A DNA stretch of 48,536 nucleotides, the filler included, from Sphacelaria rigidula (lineage: Eukaryota), in the NCBI GenBank assembly GCA_964200075.2. It is 3 parts of 3 records of this genome, joined end to end, with 100 filler letters (N's around TTAATTAATTAA, not from the genome) between each part and the next. Parts side by side here need not be neighbours in the genome. Positions count along the whole stretch, not along the records: positions 1 to 16,114 come from CAXNAA020001483.1; 2 more parts are not named here. One strand, written 5' to 3'. Of this stretch, positions 1 through 11,250 are shown piece by piece. How positions within the stretch are numbered: the stretch's first letter is position 1; every line of letters begins with the position of its first letter. Made by a program: the position numbers and the translations under genes. The notes beneath the pieces were generated by a model, which saw only the letters and a list, made by a program, of their open reading frames with translations, made no database searches and was not told where the DNA came from.

Positions 1-464
1 GATTCCCGTCGGACGCACTTTCTTTGAAGGAAAAAATGAAGAGAAAACCTCTGCAAAAAATTGGCCCAAAAAGAGGAAGGGTGGGGTATAGCCTGGTGGC
101 TATATTTGGAGTTGACTGCTAGGGACCCCAGTGCACACACACACTCTGGAAATGAGTGGGGAGATGAGTAACTCAAAGTTACGGTAAGGAGTGACAATAC
201 TAGAGGTTTCTGATGGCAGTCGATAGAGCGCTGGCAAGGGGAGTCGCCCTCCTCCGAGTGAAAGTGACGGGGATCGAACCCCCACGACTAACTTTTGTGA
301 CGGTTAAAGAGATAACCAACTAGACTACTGACCAGTTAGTTGACAACCAACTAGCCTTCTGACTAGTCAGCCTGAGGCCAGGCTGACTAGTCAGAAGGCT
401 AGTTGGTTGACTCTTACAGGCTGACTTTTCAGTAAGCTAGTTGGTTGTCTCTTAAACCGCCACA
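1..464. mobile_element. Foldback/palindromic non-autonomous repeat, copy A (left part cut by contig start)
   Basis: 1-275 closely matches 11434-11737. It is followed by an inverted pair TGTGACGGTTAAAGAGATAACCAACTAG (296-323) / CTAGTTGGTTGTCTCTTAAACCGCCACA (437-464) enclosing a perfect hairpin. Confidence 0.75.
344..409. repeat. Perfect 31-bp inverted repeat with 4-nt loop
   Basis: CAACCAACTAGCCTTCTGACTAGTCAGCCTG-aggc-CAGGCTGACTAGTCAGAAGGCTAGTTGGTTG; the arms are exact reverse complements. Confidence 0.95.
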
Positions 465-766
465 CACAGCACGTGTCTGTAAAAGTGGGTATGCATGAAA
501 TCGAGCCCGCCGACAGTACAGCGGTAAGCGTTGGTTTGGATGCTGCTGGTATTGCTGGCTGGAGAGGGCGAATATGTCACGCCGCTGGAGCAGACTGCAG
601 GCAGCTCAGCTGCAGCTGTTGCAGTTCAGGAGTGCGCTGAGCAGGAGGTAGCGGCTGTAGCGAGTATAGGTGAGACTGCTGCTGCTGTTGGCGATGTTGA
701 GAGGGTGTGGCCTACATGGGCCAATTAGCAAGTACTGGTAGGCGGAGGTCCCAGATGCTTGTTGCC

Positions 767-1240
767 GCCGGACCAGCGCGTAGCTGGAGATACTCCTTGC
801 ATGCTCGAAGCTGCAGGGGGGTGTCATTCGCGTATGACGAGCGAGCAGGGTGAGCTAAGGGCTTGCCGTGCTCATGGTAAATCTATCTGTGCCAGTAACA
901 TGGCGGGAGATCGTTCAGTTGATTCGCAGGGGTGTCTGCTTGAAGGACAGGTGGATGCCGGGTTGGCGGAATTCTGCCGGACCAGCGCGTAGCTGGAGAT
1001 ACTCCTTGCATGCTCGATACTACAGGGGGTGTCATTCGCGTATGGCGAGCGAGCAGGGTGAGCTAGGAGCTTGCCGTGCTCATGGTGAATCTTTCTGCGC
1101 CAGTAAAATAGCGGGGGATCGTTCAGATAATTCGCAGGGGTGTCTGCTTGAAGGACAGGTGGATGCCGGGTTGGCGGAATTGCCGCTGGACCAGCGCGTA
1201 GCCGTGGACACGCCTTGCATGATGGAAACAACAGGGGCGT
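767..1240 (+). repeat. 209-bp tandem repeat, ~2.3 copies
   Basis: GACCAGCGCGTAG recurs at 771, 980 and 1189; the repeated peptide GCHSRM.SEQGEL.ACRAHG appears in overlapping ORFs. Confidence 0.9.
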
Positions 1241-1249
1241 GTGACCCGC

Positions 1250-2280
1250 GTGAAGCGGGTACGCAGAGCGAGCTGCAAGCTCGTGATTCTGCTAGCGATC
1301 ACAATTCTGACGGCGACGACGAGCGTCGCGTGGTGTTGGGGTGGTCGTGTGCATTGCTGTATGCATGGACAGCTTTGGCGTATTTGGCGGCGTTGACTGC
1401 GGTTTCTTTGCCGCTGCTTGGTCAGGTGTTGGAGGAGGATGGCGTGATGCCATCGTGAGGTGTTGCTGTTCGGGACTGTATGGATGTTCCCGTTTTGCCT
1501 CTGGTTTCCTCCGAAAAAGCGACTGAAGAAGGAGCGTTCGTGAATGCGCAAGCATCTGTGGGGGCGGAGGATCTGTCGCATTGGTTTGGCGGTGCGAATA
1601 CACAACCATTTAGAGGCGTGTTGAGCTACACTATGGGGGTTCCAGGTGTAGCTAGACTGAAGGTGCAAAGAGCGAGTTTCCGAGAGGGAACGCTGCTCTA
1701 CGCTGTGCACAGGGTTGTGATTCAAGTGCTGCTGTTTCTCAGGAGCGGGCTGGAGGAATACAAAGAAAACATTACCTGAGGTGTTCGCTGTTGTGGTGGG
1801 CACCGAGTTGGGTACTGATGTTGGGGAGCAAGTGCTGAGGTGATTGAGTGCTTGTTGAGAATGAGGAATCACATGATGACTGGTATTCGCGAATCGTTTT
1901 GAGAATGATTTAAGCTTGTTATTGTGTGGTTTGTGGTCATGTTTGCGCATGAAACATGGTGGTTGAGCGAGTATGATCGTATCGCGTGTGCAGAGTGAAA
2001 CTTTGGCGTGCACGTGGATATTTGGCATGAGTGTGTTGCGCTGATCTGGTTGGCACGGACAATGCACGGTGTTTGCTGCGAGGAAGGTGGCATTGCATGT
2101 GCTGAGTGAAATATTGGCATGCATGTGCGGATTTTCATATGCTGAGTGGAATTTTGGCAGGCATGTGCGAATTTTTGCTCAAATGGTACTGATATGAATG
2201 AAATGGTATCTGGTGACGACGTAGGGTGGATCAGTTTTCAATATACTGCTGTATGCTGAATGAAGTGAAGCTCTTGTAAC
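1250..2280 (+). pseudogene. Highly decayed Ty3/Gypsy-derived segment (3' pol-like region)
   Basis: About 1660-2270 is the reverse complement of ~13990-14566. It shares GTGCTGCTGTTTCTCAGGAG (1727-1745) with the post-integrase region of the Gypsy at ~9676-9695. Many stops. Confidence 0.5.
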
Positions 2281-2289
2281 CTTGTTTGC

Positions 2290-5200
2290 GCAGCAACACA
2301 GTCTAATCATACTTGTGCGGTTTGCACGTACTGACTGCAGGACATATGGATTGCTGCTGTTAGCGTGAAAATGAGCAAAAAACTACGAAATGCGTAGAAG
2401 GCTCGTACTGACTGTAGGAGTCGATGATACCTGTTGTTTGCGTGAAAATGAGCAGAAAGATACGAAATGCGTAGGCTCGTCGTATGTGAGCAGGTATGAC
2501 GCGAATCCTTCCGGCGGTTGAAGATGAAGACATTATGCGCGCATGCATCAATGATCTTTGACCGTGGCACGTTTTTGTATGGATTGTCACGTGTCTGAAC
2601 GAGCACGTGGTTGGTTTTTCGTTCATGTCAGAAGGAGCATGTGGATGATGCGTTCATTTGTTCGAAAAACTGGTGCAGGTGGACTGCAAGAGTGTCGAGG
2701 AATTCATTACTCCTACATTTTGGCGGATGCACGGATGGGATACGATGGTCCAAGATCCAAACGAGATATAGAAATGTCTTGGATTTTCTCGACAACAAGA
2801 GTTCGAAAACAAGATCACGAGGGATGATCAATGATGGCGGAGGTCGATGTCCGTTCGCCGTCGTTGGATTGGTATGCATGACTTGAATAGGGGTTTGAGT
2901 CATGGCTTTCCTTTGATTGTCTTGATGAAATGATGGCAAGTTGAAGCATTGAAGCTTTGGCGGCGGGGAGGCATGCGATGCATACGTTTTCACGGTGTTG
3001 CAGAAGCAAGAGGCCAGGTGCGTTTTAGACGTGTTGGGTGTTTATTTCCTTCTAGCGTGAGGATGATGTTTCATTTGGCTGTTTGTTGCACTCCGTCGCG
3101 CAGGTGTCGAAAGTACAAAAAGTGCATTTTGTATGCTGAGAAGTACCTTGTCTCGGATGAGAGGGACGATGAGTCACGAATGCTCTGGAATTTGGCGTTC
3201 GCTGACATTTCTGGTTTCGTGCCGATGAAGAGTCAAGAGACTCGATTTGGGCGAAGATTTGAGAATTCGGCGCTAGCTATCGCTTTGTAACTCGAAGTGG
3301 TGCAAGTAGCGTGATTGCATGTTCATGATGGACGATTTTGTTGTATCTCTTGCGAGTTGTTCGGAGATGGGGCAAGGTTGTATGGAGCTGTTGTCGAAAG
3401 GAGCGGAAGAGATCGCTACAGGTATTCTTCACGGAAAACGACGGTACTACTATCAGGCACCAATGATGTCTAAGTTTGTCAAGCTCTCATGTAACTATTT
3501 GTTGGTAGTAGAGAGCTTCGGTGGTGCTGTAGACTCTGCACAACATTGTTATCTAAGGTAAGGGACATTGTGTAGGTGGAGTTGCGGGTCTGATTACCGG
3601 ATTCTATGATGGGTGATCTCCATGACGTGAGGTTTGGTTTTGCTGCTCTAGTGCAGAGAGGGTATCGTCCGGTTCTCCTGTATATGCTCAAGGTTGATAC
3701 ATGAATAACTAAAGCTGCTGAAGTCCATGTGCCCGTGATGGGAGGAGTTCACATGGCGATCTGATCTTGAGTGACAGAAGTCTATACATCTGAGGCTCAC
3801 CAAGGAGGTGAATACGATTAACGTGTGTAATGGGTAAGTTTCGACGAGGACGAAAGTTCATGGGAGCCGTTGGATGTCATTTGGTCGGGAGCGCCGTAAT
3901 TCGTTCGATCTGAACTGCCGAAGTTGAAACTGAATAAGCAGTTACCGGAGCGCGTGAAGGCCAAGTATCGTATGAAGCTGTGACTGGTTGTCTGGGTTCT
4001 TCGTGGATGGATTGTATCATGCGATTGGTGTTCGTCGAGTATACCGCTCGGTTATCGTTCGCATGATTGTTCTTTGTTGACATGCGAGAGTTATTGTCGG
4101 TGTCTACTGTTGATCAAGTTCATTTTCTACCGTTTAGTAAAACGTAGCTTGGGGGTGTTGTGAAGAAAGTACAGTAGCACAAATAGCATGAGTAGTACGG
4201 TAGCATATGGATATCAGTTTGAATTATGTGACAATGGGTTGGATGAGGATTATCAAATTCGTAGCATATTGTGCTCGCGAGAAGAGCAAACAAGGGTCAC
4301 CTCTAGTTTCAACGAAGACTGCTCTACTGTGACCTTTTTCTGATCTTAGATGAGTCTACACTACGAAATACCTAGGCTCGTATGTGTGGAAGGAAAACGC
4401 GAGTGTTTCTCGTGGTTAAAGTTGAGTAATCTCTAGCTATGGAACGTCTTTTGAGGGAATCTTTCATTTCTATCTGGAAGATCATGTGGATGGAGTGTCC
4501 GTTCGTCTATAGAATCGGTGCAGGTGAGCTGGAAGTCTGTCGGCACATTAACTGCATTTTACCGCGCGGTTAATCGACCGATGGGATATCACAATCCTGA
4601 ATCCAAGTTGGGATATTTTGTCTTGGTGCTTTCTGGGGTGTAAAGACCTATCTAAATACAAAACAAGGTCACAGTGCTTCTGCAGAGGCTTCCTTCGTGT
4701 TGTTACGGGCTCCAGAGACTTCAAGACTCAAGCCCTTAGGCAAACAGCATATATTTGTTAACCAGAAGTGACCGGCGCACCTCGTTGCAAACATCATACA
4801 TCACGGAGTCCACCGATCATACTCTCAGACCCTTTGTCCATCAAGCAGCCTATAAACGCCTGCTATGCATTTTCTCCAAGGCAGTCATGTACCTAACCAC
4901 GGTAACAATGTTGCCCGGAGTCTACCGCACGCCCAAAGCTCGCTTACTTCCAACAAGTAGTCAACCTAAAGCTTGGTAAACTCAGACATTACTGTTGTCG
5001 AAGTCTACCGTCAACTTTCACCTAATGTGGCAATCCCTACCGTCAACTTTCACCTAATGTACTATAACAGCCATACAAGCTTGTCCAATTCCCGGAGAAC
5101 TCGCAAAAAATCCAAAACGTTCATCATGAACACGCAATCACGCTACTCGCACCGCTCCGAGTCACGGAGCGATAGCTGACGCCCAATTCTCGAAGCCATG

Positions 5201-6440
5201 CCCCGAACAAGTGTCGTGACGCCAAACTAGAAAATAATCTCAAACGTCGATCACCTTCGACTTCTGAAGACATCGTCACAATTGGTCTCTCGCATGCGGT
5301 AACGTTGAACATACGAAATGCTCTTTCGTACGTTTAATACCTGCGCAACGGAGTGCAACAGCCAAGCAATATACCTGAAACTGAAATCAAAATAGTATCC
5401 AACACGTCTAGAACGCAGCTGGTCTCTTGGTTATTGAACTCCATGGGAACGTATTTATTGCACACCTCTTCGTGGAAGCTTAAAAACTTTGTTGCGCCAC
5501 TCAACTCATGAGTATACTGAAGAGAAGCCATGACTCAAACCGCTTTTCAAGCAATGTCCACCAATAACCCAACAACGGCAAACGGATCTCCACCTCCGCC
5601 GCTTTCTCCCCCAATGTTACTCATGATGACCGTTCTCAGGTCCTACAAACAGTTGGGTGCGACTTCAAAAACCCAATCCAGAAACGACAAGTTTCCTGAA
5701 TGTTCACTACATTATGTTAGAGTCAGAGTGAGGCAGTTTTCAATACACTGCTGTACGCTGGATAAGGTGGACCTCGTATATTCCTGCTCACACAGACACG
5801 CGGCAGAGTTCTCTTTGTGCGTTTGGTGAACACAGACTGTAGGAGATGATGGCTGCTGTTGTTGGCGTTAAAATGAGCAGTAGCTACGAAATGCACCTGG
5901 TCGTATGTGCGCAAGGAAAACACGAGTGTCTCTTGTGGTCGAAAATGAGTGATTTTTGGCTATGGAACGCCTTTTGAAGGAATACTTCATGTCCGTCTAG
6001 AAGGATCATATTGATGGAGTGTCAGTTTTCTAAGGAAGCCATGCAGGAGAGCTGGAAGTCTGTTGCGACATGAGCTGCATTTTACATCGCGCTCAATCGA
6101 CCGATGGAATATAACGGTCCTGAATCCAAGTTTTCATATTACATATGGGTGCTTTCTGGGGTGTACTGTATACTCCGGGCAACATTGTTACCGTGGTCGA
6201 GTACATGACTGCAGTGGATAACATGCGTAGCAGGCGTTCATAAGCTGCTTGATATATAACGGGTCTAAGAGTGTGATCGTTGGACTCTATGATGTATGAT
6301 ATTTGCATACGAGGTACGCCGGTCACTTCCCATAACGAAGACTGTGTGTTTGTGAACAAGAACAGTCATGAAGTCTCCAAGCCCTAGTGAAGAAGGAAGC
6401 CCTTGGAGCAGTCCTCTGACCTTGTCCTGAATCCAGGAGG
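2290..6440. repeat. Mosaic of rearranged fragments of one interspersed repeat family (also at 12060-14050)
   Basis: Pairwise similarities read by eye: 4375-4640 ~ 5900-6165 ~ rc 13595-13870; 5335-5600 ~ 13285-13550 ~ rc 2835-3105; 4770-4930 ~ rc 6165-6330; 4085-4330 ~ 12730-13260; 2330-2520 ~ 12075-12200. Confidence 0.75.
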
Positions 6441-6638
6441 GCTCTATAACAAACGTTTACTTAGCGAACCCGGTGGTTTCTGGCAAAGTTGTTTTTCAGC
6501 TGCGAACAGTTTCTCCAAAAAAACATTTGTATTGTACACAGACTGGTGTGCGGTCTGTAACGCGAGGCAGCTCCTTGCAGTTCGTTGAACAGAGGGACGG
6601 CTACGTCGGCTGGAAACATTGCGTGCAGCTATAAAAGA

Positions 6639-7907
6639 ATGGCAGTGCCCAGGAAAGGAGATGGGAGCGATGCAGGCGATGACGTGAAGTTCGAATTTAC
6701 TGAGCTCATGCCACGTGGATCGCTAAAAGCACCGGAGTACGGACGGCATTTCACCGAAGATGCCTCCGGACAGTTTTTAAAAAAATACAGGGATTACGGA
6801 GAGAGCGTACAACTAAGCAATAAGGAGAGGACAGTACAGGCCGGTTTATTGACCGTCACAGAACTCGTGCCCAAGCACATTCGCGCGTGTTCATCACGTA
6901 CGATATTTGACCGATCGGTACTCTATGATGAACATTTAAAGGAGAGGCACTAGGCCGACATGCAAAATGTTGGGTTTATCAAGACATCGAGCCTTCAGTT
7001 GCTGCAGCAGGTGTGCGGAAGGCGTTGGCCGCTCGCAACGAGCCGAGTGCCATGGGTAAAATCGAGGGACAGTGGGGTGCCCTCGAGGAGTTTTCTTGCC
7101 GGAAACGCGAGCATCGACCGCGTTCCGCGAGGTCGAGACTTTCAAAGCAGGACTCGCTCAAATTATTACGCGGGAATTGCTCGCAGGCATGTTCCCCCCC
7201 TGGATTCGAGACAAAAGTGCTCAACATGCTTCACATAAAGGGGAGGTGGAAAGAAGAGCCTGGGCTCGTGTATGATACGGCTCGGGAAGCAGCAGAGGCA
7301 TGGAAGACGGTAGAAGCAGCTGATAAACAGCGCCGTCACTAGCCGCAGCTGAAATAGAGGAGCGACAGCGGGACCTCCGGGTTCAACCCCGAACCGAAGG
7401 GTGGAAAAACGGCGACCACTGACAGTGAGACTGCCAGTTGCGGGATAACTGGGGAACCGGGCCCAAGCTATGCAGGTTGTTTCTCATGTGAAAACAGGGG
7501 CCACTTCGTGAAGGATTGTAAGCACCAAAGCCAAGCTGCTGGTCCACAACATACTGCAGGTGGGCAGTCGAACTGCAGGTGGGCAGTCGAAGGCCGGCGA
7601 CATGCATCAACAACAGCAGCAGCTGTCGCAGGGCCCTGGACAGGTGCCTCGAGGAGGGGGCAAGAGTCTAGCCCCTACAAGGGCTGTCTTTTCAACCGAT
7701 GGAGGGGGTGTTATCAGAAATGGAGCGATACTACCATCAGAACCGGTCATTTCTACTGGTGGCGCACAGCAGACCGTATCGAAGGAAATAGTGGAAACAG
7801 TCCCGCGCTGGCCATCTGAGGCGATGACGTCGTGGAGATCGCTTGAACCGGGCGAGGTATCAGGTTTTCAATCTGAGAGTATACGCGGAAAAGAAGAAGA
7901 AAGATAG
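6639..7907 (+). pseudogene. gag: Gypsy gag remnant
   Basis: Frameshifted ORF pieces 6585-6953, 7013-7342 and 7560-7907; zinc knuckle CFSCENRGHFVKDC at 7478-7519. Confidence 0.8.
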
Positions 7908-7919
7908 CGTCTCGCCGAC

Positions 7920-8498
7920 TTGTCTGTACCGAGTGCAGGGGCAAAGAGTGTTTGTCCGGTCAAGGCCATTTTAGACTCGGGATCTGGAATCACGATCATG
8001 TCTGCAGTTGTAGCGGCGAAATTACAAGCTATGGTTCCAGATGTTCGAGTGATCACACTGATGGTTGGTGAACAGCTGGTGAAACTGGCTAACGGCAATG
8101 TTGAGCCCGTGAAGCAGAAAACTTGCCCTGTCCGAACCGCTTTACACACCAGCTGGGGGGCGGTTGTGCTGGACCCATGTTCATACGCGGTCATGCCGGG
8201 TACAGATGATGTGATGATCATGGGGAGCCCTACGCTGGAGGCGTTGAGTATTGACGTGTACAGTAGCTTAGGTGACTGTGCACGTGCAAGAAACACTTCG
8301 GTGCGAGGTGTAAACACACCTGGTTTGACGGACTGTCAGCGTGTCAGTACCGCGGTTGATGCTTCACAGCAACCAGGAGGTCGGGCGGAGCCCGTTGATT
8401 CCTCAGTCGAGCGGTTGTTGTCGAGAAGTCCGGCGATGAGAATATCCCCAGAACGAGAGCTTGCTGAGCTTGATGTGGCGCCGGAGGAGGCAGTATAA
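7920..8498 (+). pseudogene. pol: Retropepsin-type aspartic protease region of pol
   Basis: VKAILDSGSGITIMS active-site motif (Asp codon 7974-7976) and downstream DVMIMGSPTL motif. Confidence 0.85.
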
Positions 8499-8559
8499 GC
8501 CGCCGCGAATAGCGGCATATCGGAGAGCGACGTGGGCCAGATTCGTGAGCCTGTACGGA

Positions 8560-9720
8560 ACAGAGCGAGCATTTTCGGCGAGTGCTGCATGGTTATCGGC
8601 CTTCTTGCGTACAGCCCTTGAAGGTGAAGTTCAAACCTGTTGCTGACTAATGCCGAGATACCCCCCCCACAAAACGTGCACCGACACCATGCAACGAACC
8701 GGCTACGATCCCACTATTGGGCTCGTTTGCAGCAATTTCGCCCACATGAGAGGCGTGTAGCAGTCCAAAATCAGCTCTAACGCTCGAATCAGTCGCGTCG
8801 TGCAGCACGAAACCAGCTTCAACGGCAGTAATGATCATCGCCTCCGTGCACGTTTTCGGCCGGTTTGGGGGGGGGCTATCTCGGCAGCAGTCTGCTGTGA
8901 AGGCAAAGGCTCAGGCGAGGGCGTACTTTCCGGTCAGAATGGCGTGGTTGGTACGCTGCGTCGCAGCATTAGCGGCGCTCGGGCTCGTAAACTGCAACTT
9001 GCAGGTAGTGTGGGCGAGAGCGGCGATTGCAACGCCTGAGAAGTCCTGTTTTTGCTGGATGAGTGCACAGAAGGGGAGGCAGAAAGTTTTCCATCCCCAC
9101 AAGGAGGTGGTGCATGGTGCTTGCCCAGGGATGATGTTTCATTTCAATTTTCTCAGTGTTGGCGAGGGTGGTCCGCTGGGAGATAATGCCTTGGACGAAG
9201 AAGATCCGTTCAAGTACGTGTTGGTAAGGGTGGATGACCCGAGCGACTTCGTGCGGTTGGAGCCCGCGGAGTCTTGTACGGCGGCGACGACGGTGAAGCA
9301 TCTGTTGATATGGTGCAAAGCGCTGGGGTTGCAGGAGGGATGGGTCAGCGATACGGCATCGCAATATGAGAATTGTGCGGTGATGGTACCCGAGAAGGCG
9401 CTGATGGATCGCGGACTAGTGGCGGCCAGCTCGCGGTTGTCACATCGTGAACGTGAGCGAATGATGCGTGACATTGGTCGTACCTCAAAGGTCATAATGC
9501 AGGAAAGAAGACGCGATGCTGATTATGCCTGGTTGGGTTTGGTATCTGCCGTGCAGTGGGCATTGCACACAAATTTTCGGGACCGCTATGAGAGCTGCAG
9601 CTTTATCTATGATGCGAGGAGCGACTGTTGGAGTGGAAATGCTACTTTACCGTGGTGAACGAGATCGTAGCGGGAGTGCTGCTGTTTCTCAGGAGGAGCG
9701 AAATAAGTGTCTGAAAAGTA
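8560..9720 (+). pseudogene. pol: RT N-terminal fragment fused by deletion to integrase core; interrupted by MITE
   Basis: LKVKFKPVA|VKAKAQARAYFP...ALGLVNCNLQVVWARAAIATPEK (RT start), then FHFNFL..KYVLVRVDD.SDFV.LEP..WVSDTASQY..ERMMR..VQWALHT (rve-type DDE core). Confidence 0.85.
8645..8892 (+). mobile_element. 248-bp MITE, GACT..AGTC termini, 4-bp TSD (TGCT)
   Basis: TIR GACTAATGCCGAGATA(C)n ... (G)nCTATCTCGGCAGCAGTC; TGCT at 8641-8644 and 8893-8896. Removing it restores the Gypsy reading frame. Second copy at 18550-18798. Confidence 0.92.
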
Positions 9721-10886
9721 TATGTAGGGCATGTAAAAACCGTCAAAGACAGGGTATTTGCTGCGCAGTGAAGTTACATGGTACACTGAGCATGAAGGGC
9801 AAAAACGGTGAAATAGGGAAACTACCTAAGTCCGCGTACTGAGTAAGTAATGACAAGACAATGCACGGAAAGATAAGTGGCTACATGATATCGACAGCCA
9901 AGTTCGGCTTCAACTGAATAGAGTAGTATCCAACTACGGTACCGGGAAGGAAAAAAGTAATATCCAACTACGTAATAAACCATTCAACTGATTATTGGTG
10001 TGGGATAAAATGGGGATCATGTTCAGCTACACCGAGGTGATATCTCTGCTACCAGTACGCTGTAAAAAGGTGCACGTGATTAGCTAAACCAAACCAAATT
10101 GCTGACACTCCACCCCGGAACGTTCACGCCGGAACATGCCGTCACTGGCAAACCGTTCAGTGTTTACTGCGTGTCTCCCCCGACGCAACAACGTTTAGCG
10201 CCGGTTCCCTCATCGGGGTGCGACACACCCAGAACAAGAGTGTAGGTAAAACGAGGGTGGAATTCATAGAGAGCGCGGTCAGTATACGTTGGAAGTTTTG
10301 GGGTACATGAAAGTATAGGTCGGCTTTATACCACGTGACGCGGATCGAAACGTCTTGCGCCGGGCGGTAAATTCGGCGTTTCGGGGTTGCGAACTAGACA
10401 GGTGGAACGATTAGACGCGGAATCCTGCTCAAGCATGGTGAGTATAGGGAGCGCAACACACAGGGCCCTGCGGATAGCCTACACCCGCACAGTTAAAAGA
10501 AAAACAACACGAGCGCAAAACAGAAGGTAAAATTAACTGAACACGAAATGAAAAATAGTGCAGCTCTACAGAGCAAGACGACAGCGGCGAAAACTACAAA
10601 ACACTCAAAATACAATCGGGTGGCTAGAAAGACAGTTACGGTAGACACGACACCTGGAGATGCACAAAACATGAGTATGTAAGATGAAAGAAAACAAAAC
10701 CGAAAGAAATTGGAAACTCTACCGCACGTGCATTTCACAAATCCCCATGGTTGCATATATAAATGCGACCCCGGAAACAAAATACGTACTGAATATGGTT
10801 GGTTGGTTGTCCTAATTCAATATGCAACGCAAAGACCGAAATAAATTGGAGATTGTCTGGAACGATCATTGTTGGTCAGGTACAGA

Positions 10887-11042
10887 CACTTTCTACGATA
10901 GCCCCCCCCAAAAAAGTGCATGGTTTCTGGGAGGCAAAATCCTNNNNNNNNNNGCACCCTGAATCCGAACATTAGGTGTTTTATGGCCATTTTTTTCGTG
11001 ACACTTTTAGCTGGTTTTGGGGGGGGGCTATCGTAGAAAGTG
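10887..11042. mobile_element. TIR element ends (CACTTTCTACGATAGCCCCCCCC..) spanning a 10-N gap
   Basis: CACTTTCTACGATAGCCCCCCCC at 10887 and GGGGGGGGCTATCGTAGAAAGTG ending at 11042. No TSD match, possibly because the gap joins or collapses different copies. Confidence 0.75.
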
Positions 11043-11250
11043 CTTTGGAGGTCAGCAGCGTCCGTAGGACGCGACTCTCCGTTGTAAGGAGAGCAAGTGT
11101 TGATGAGTCAATATTGCATAAAGCCGCGATGATCTGTTCGGGCATGGGTATCACTATGCAACAAGGGGGAGCAGCAGAACATGGGGCACGAATGAAGGAC
11201 ACCGGCCACCACAAAAACGAACTACCTAGCCCATATTCACTTTTTATGCT

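Larger units (their letters stand above)
6540..9880 (+). mobile_element. Decayed Ty3/Gypsy LTR retrotransposon with RT/RNaseH core deleted
   Basis: Domain order gag - CCHC knuckle - aspartic protease - RT N-terminus - integrase; possible PBS TGGTGTGCGG at ~6544. Outer boundaries approximate. Confidence 0.85.

Noticed and set aside
1123-2124. 333-aa minus-strand ORF with an apparent paralogue at 14100-14909 as a conserved gene
   Set aside because: The similarity is explained by DNA-level repeat homology. Both appear antisense to a decayed Gypsy segment, and the second runs into a satellite.
9900-10880. Possible LTR or LINE tail after the Gypsy
   Set aside because: No match to sequence upstream of the gag and no recognisable motifs; left unassigned.
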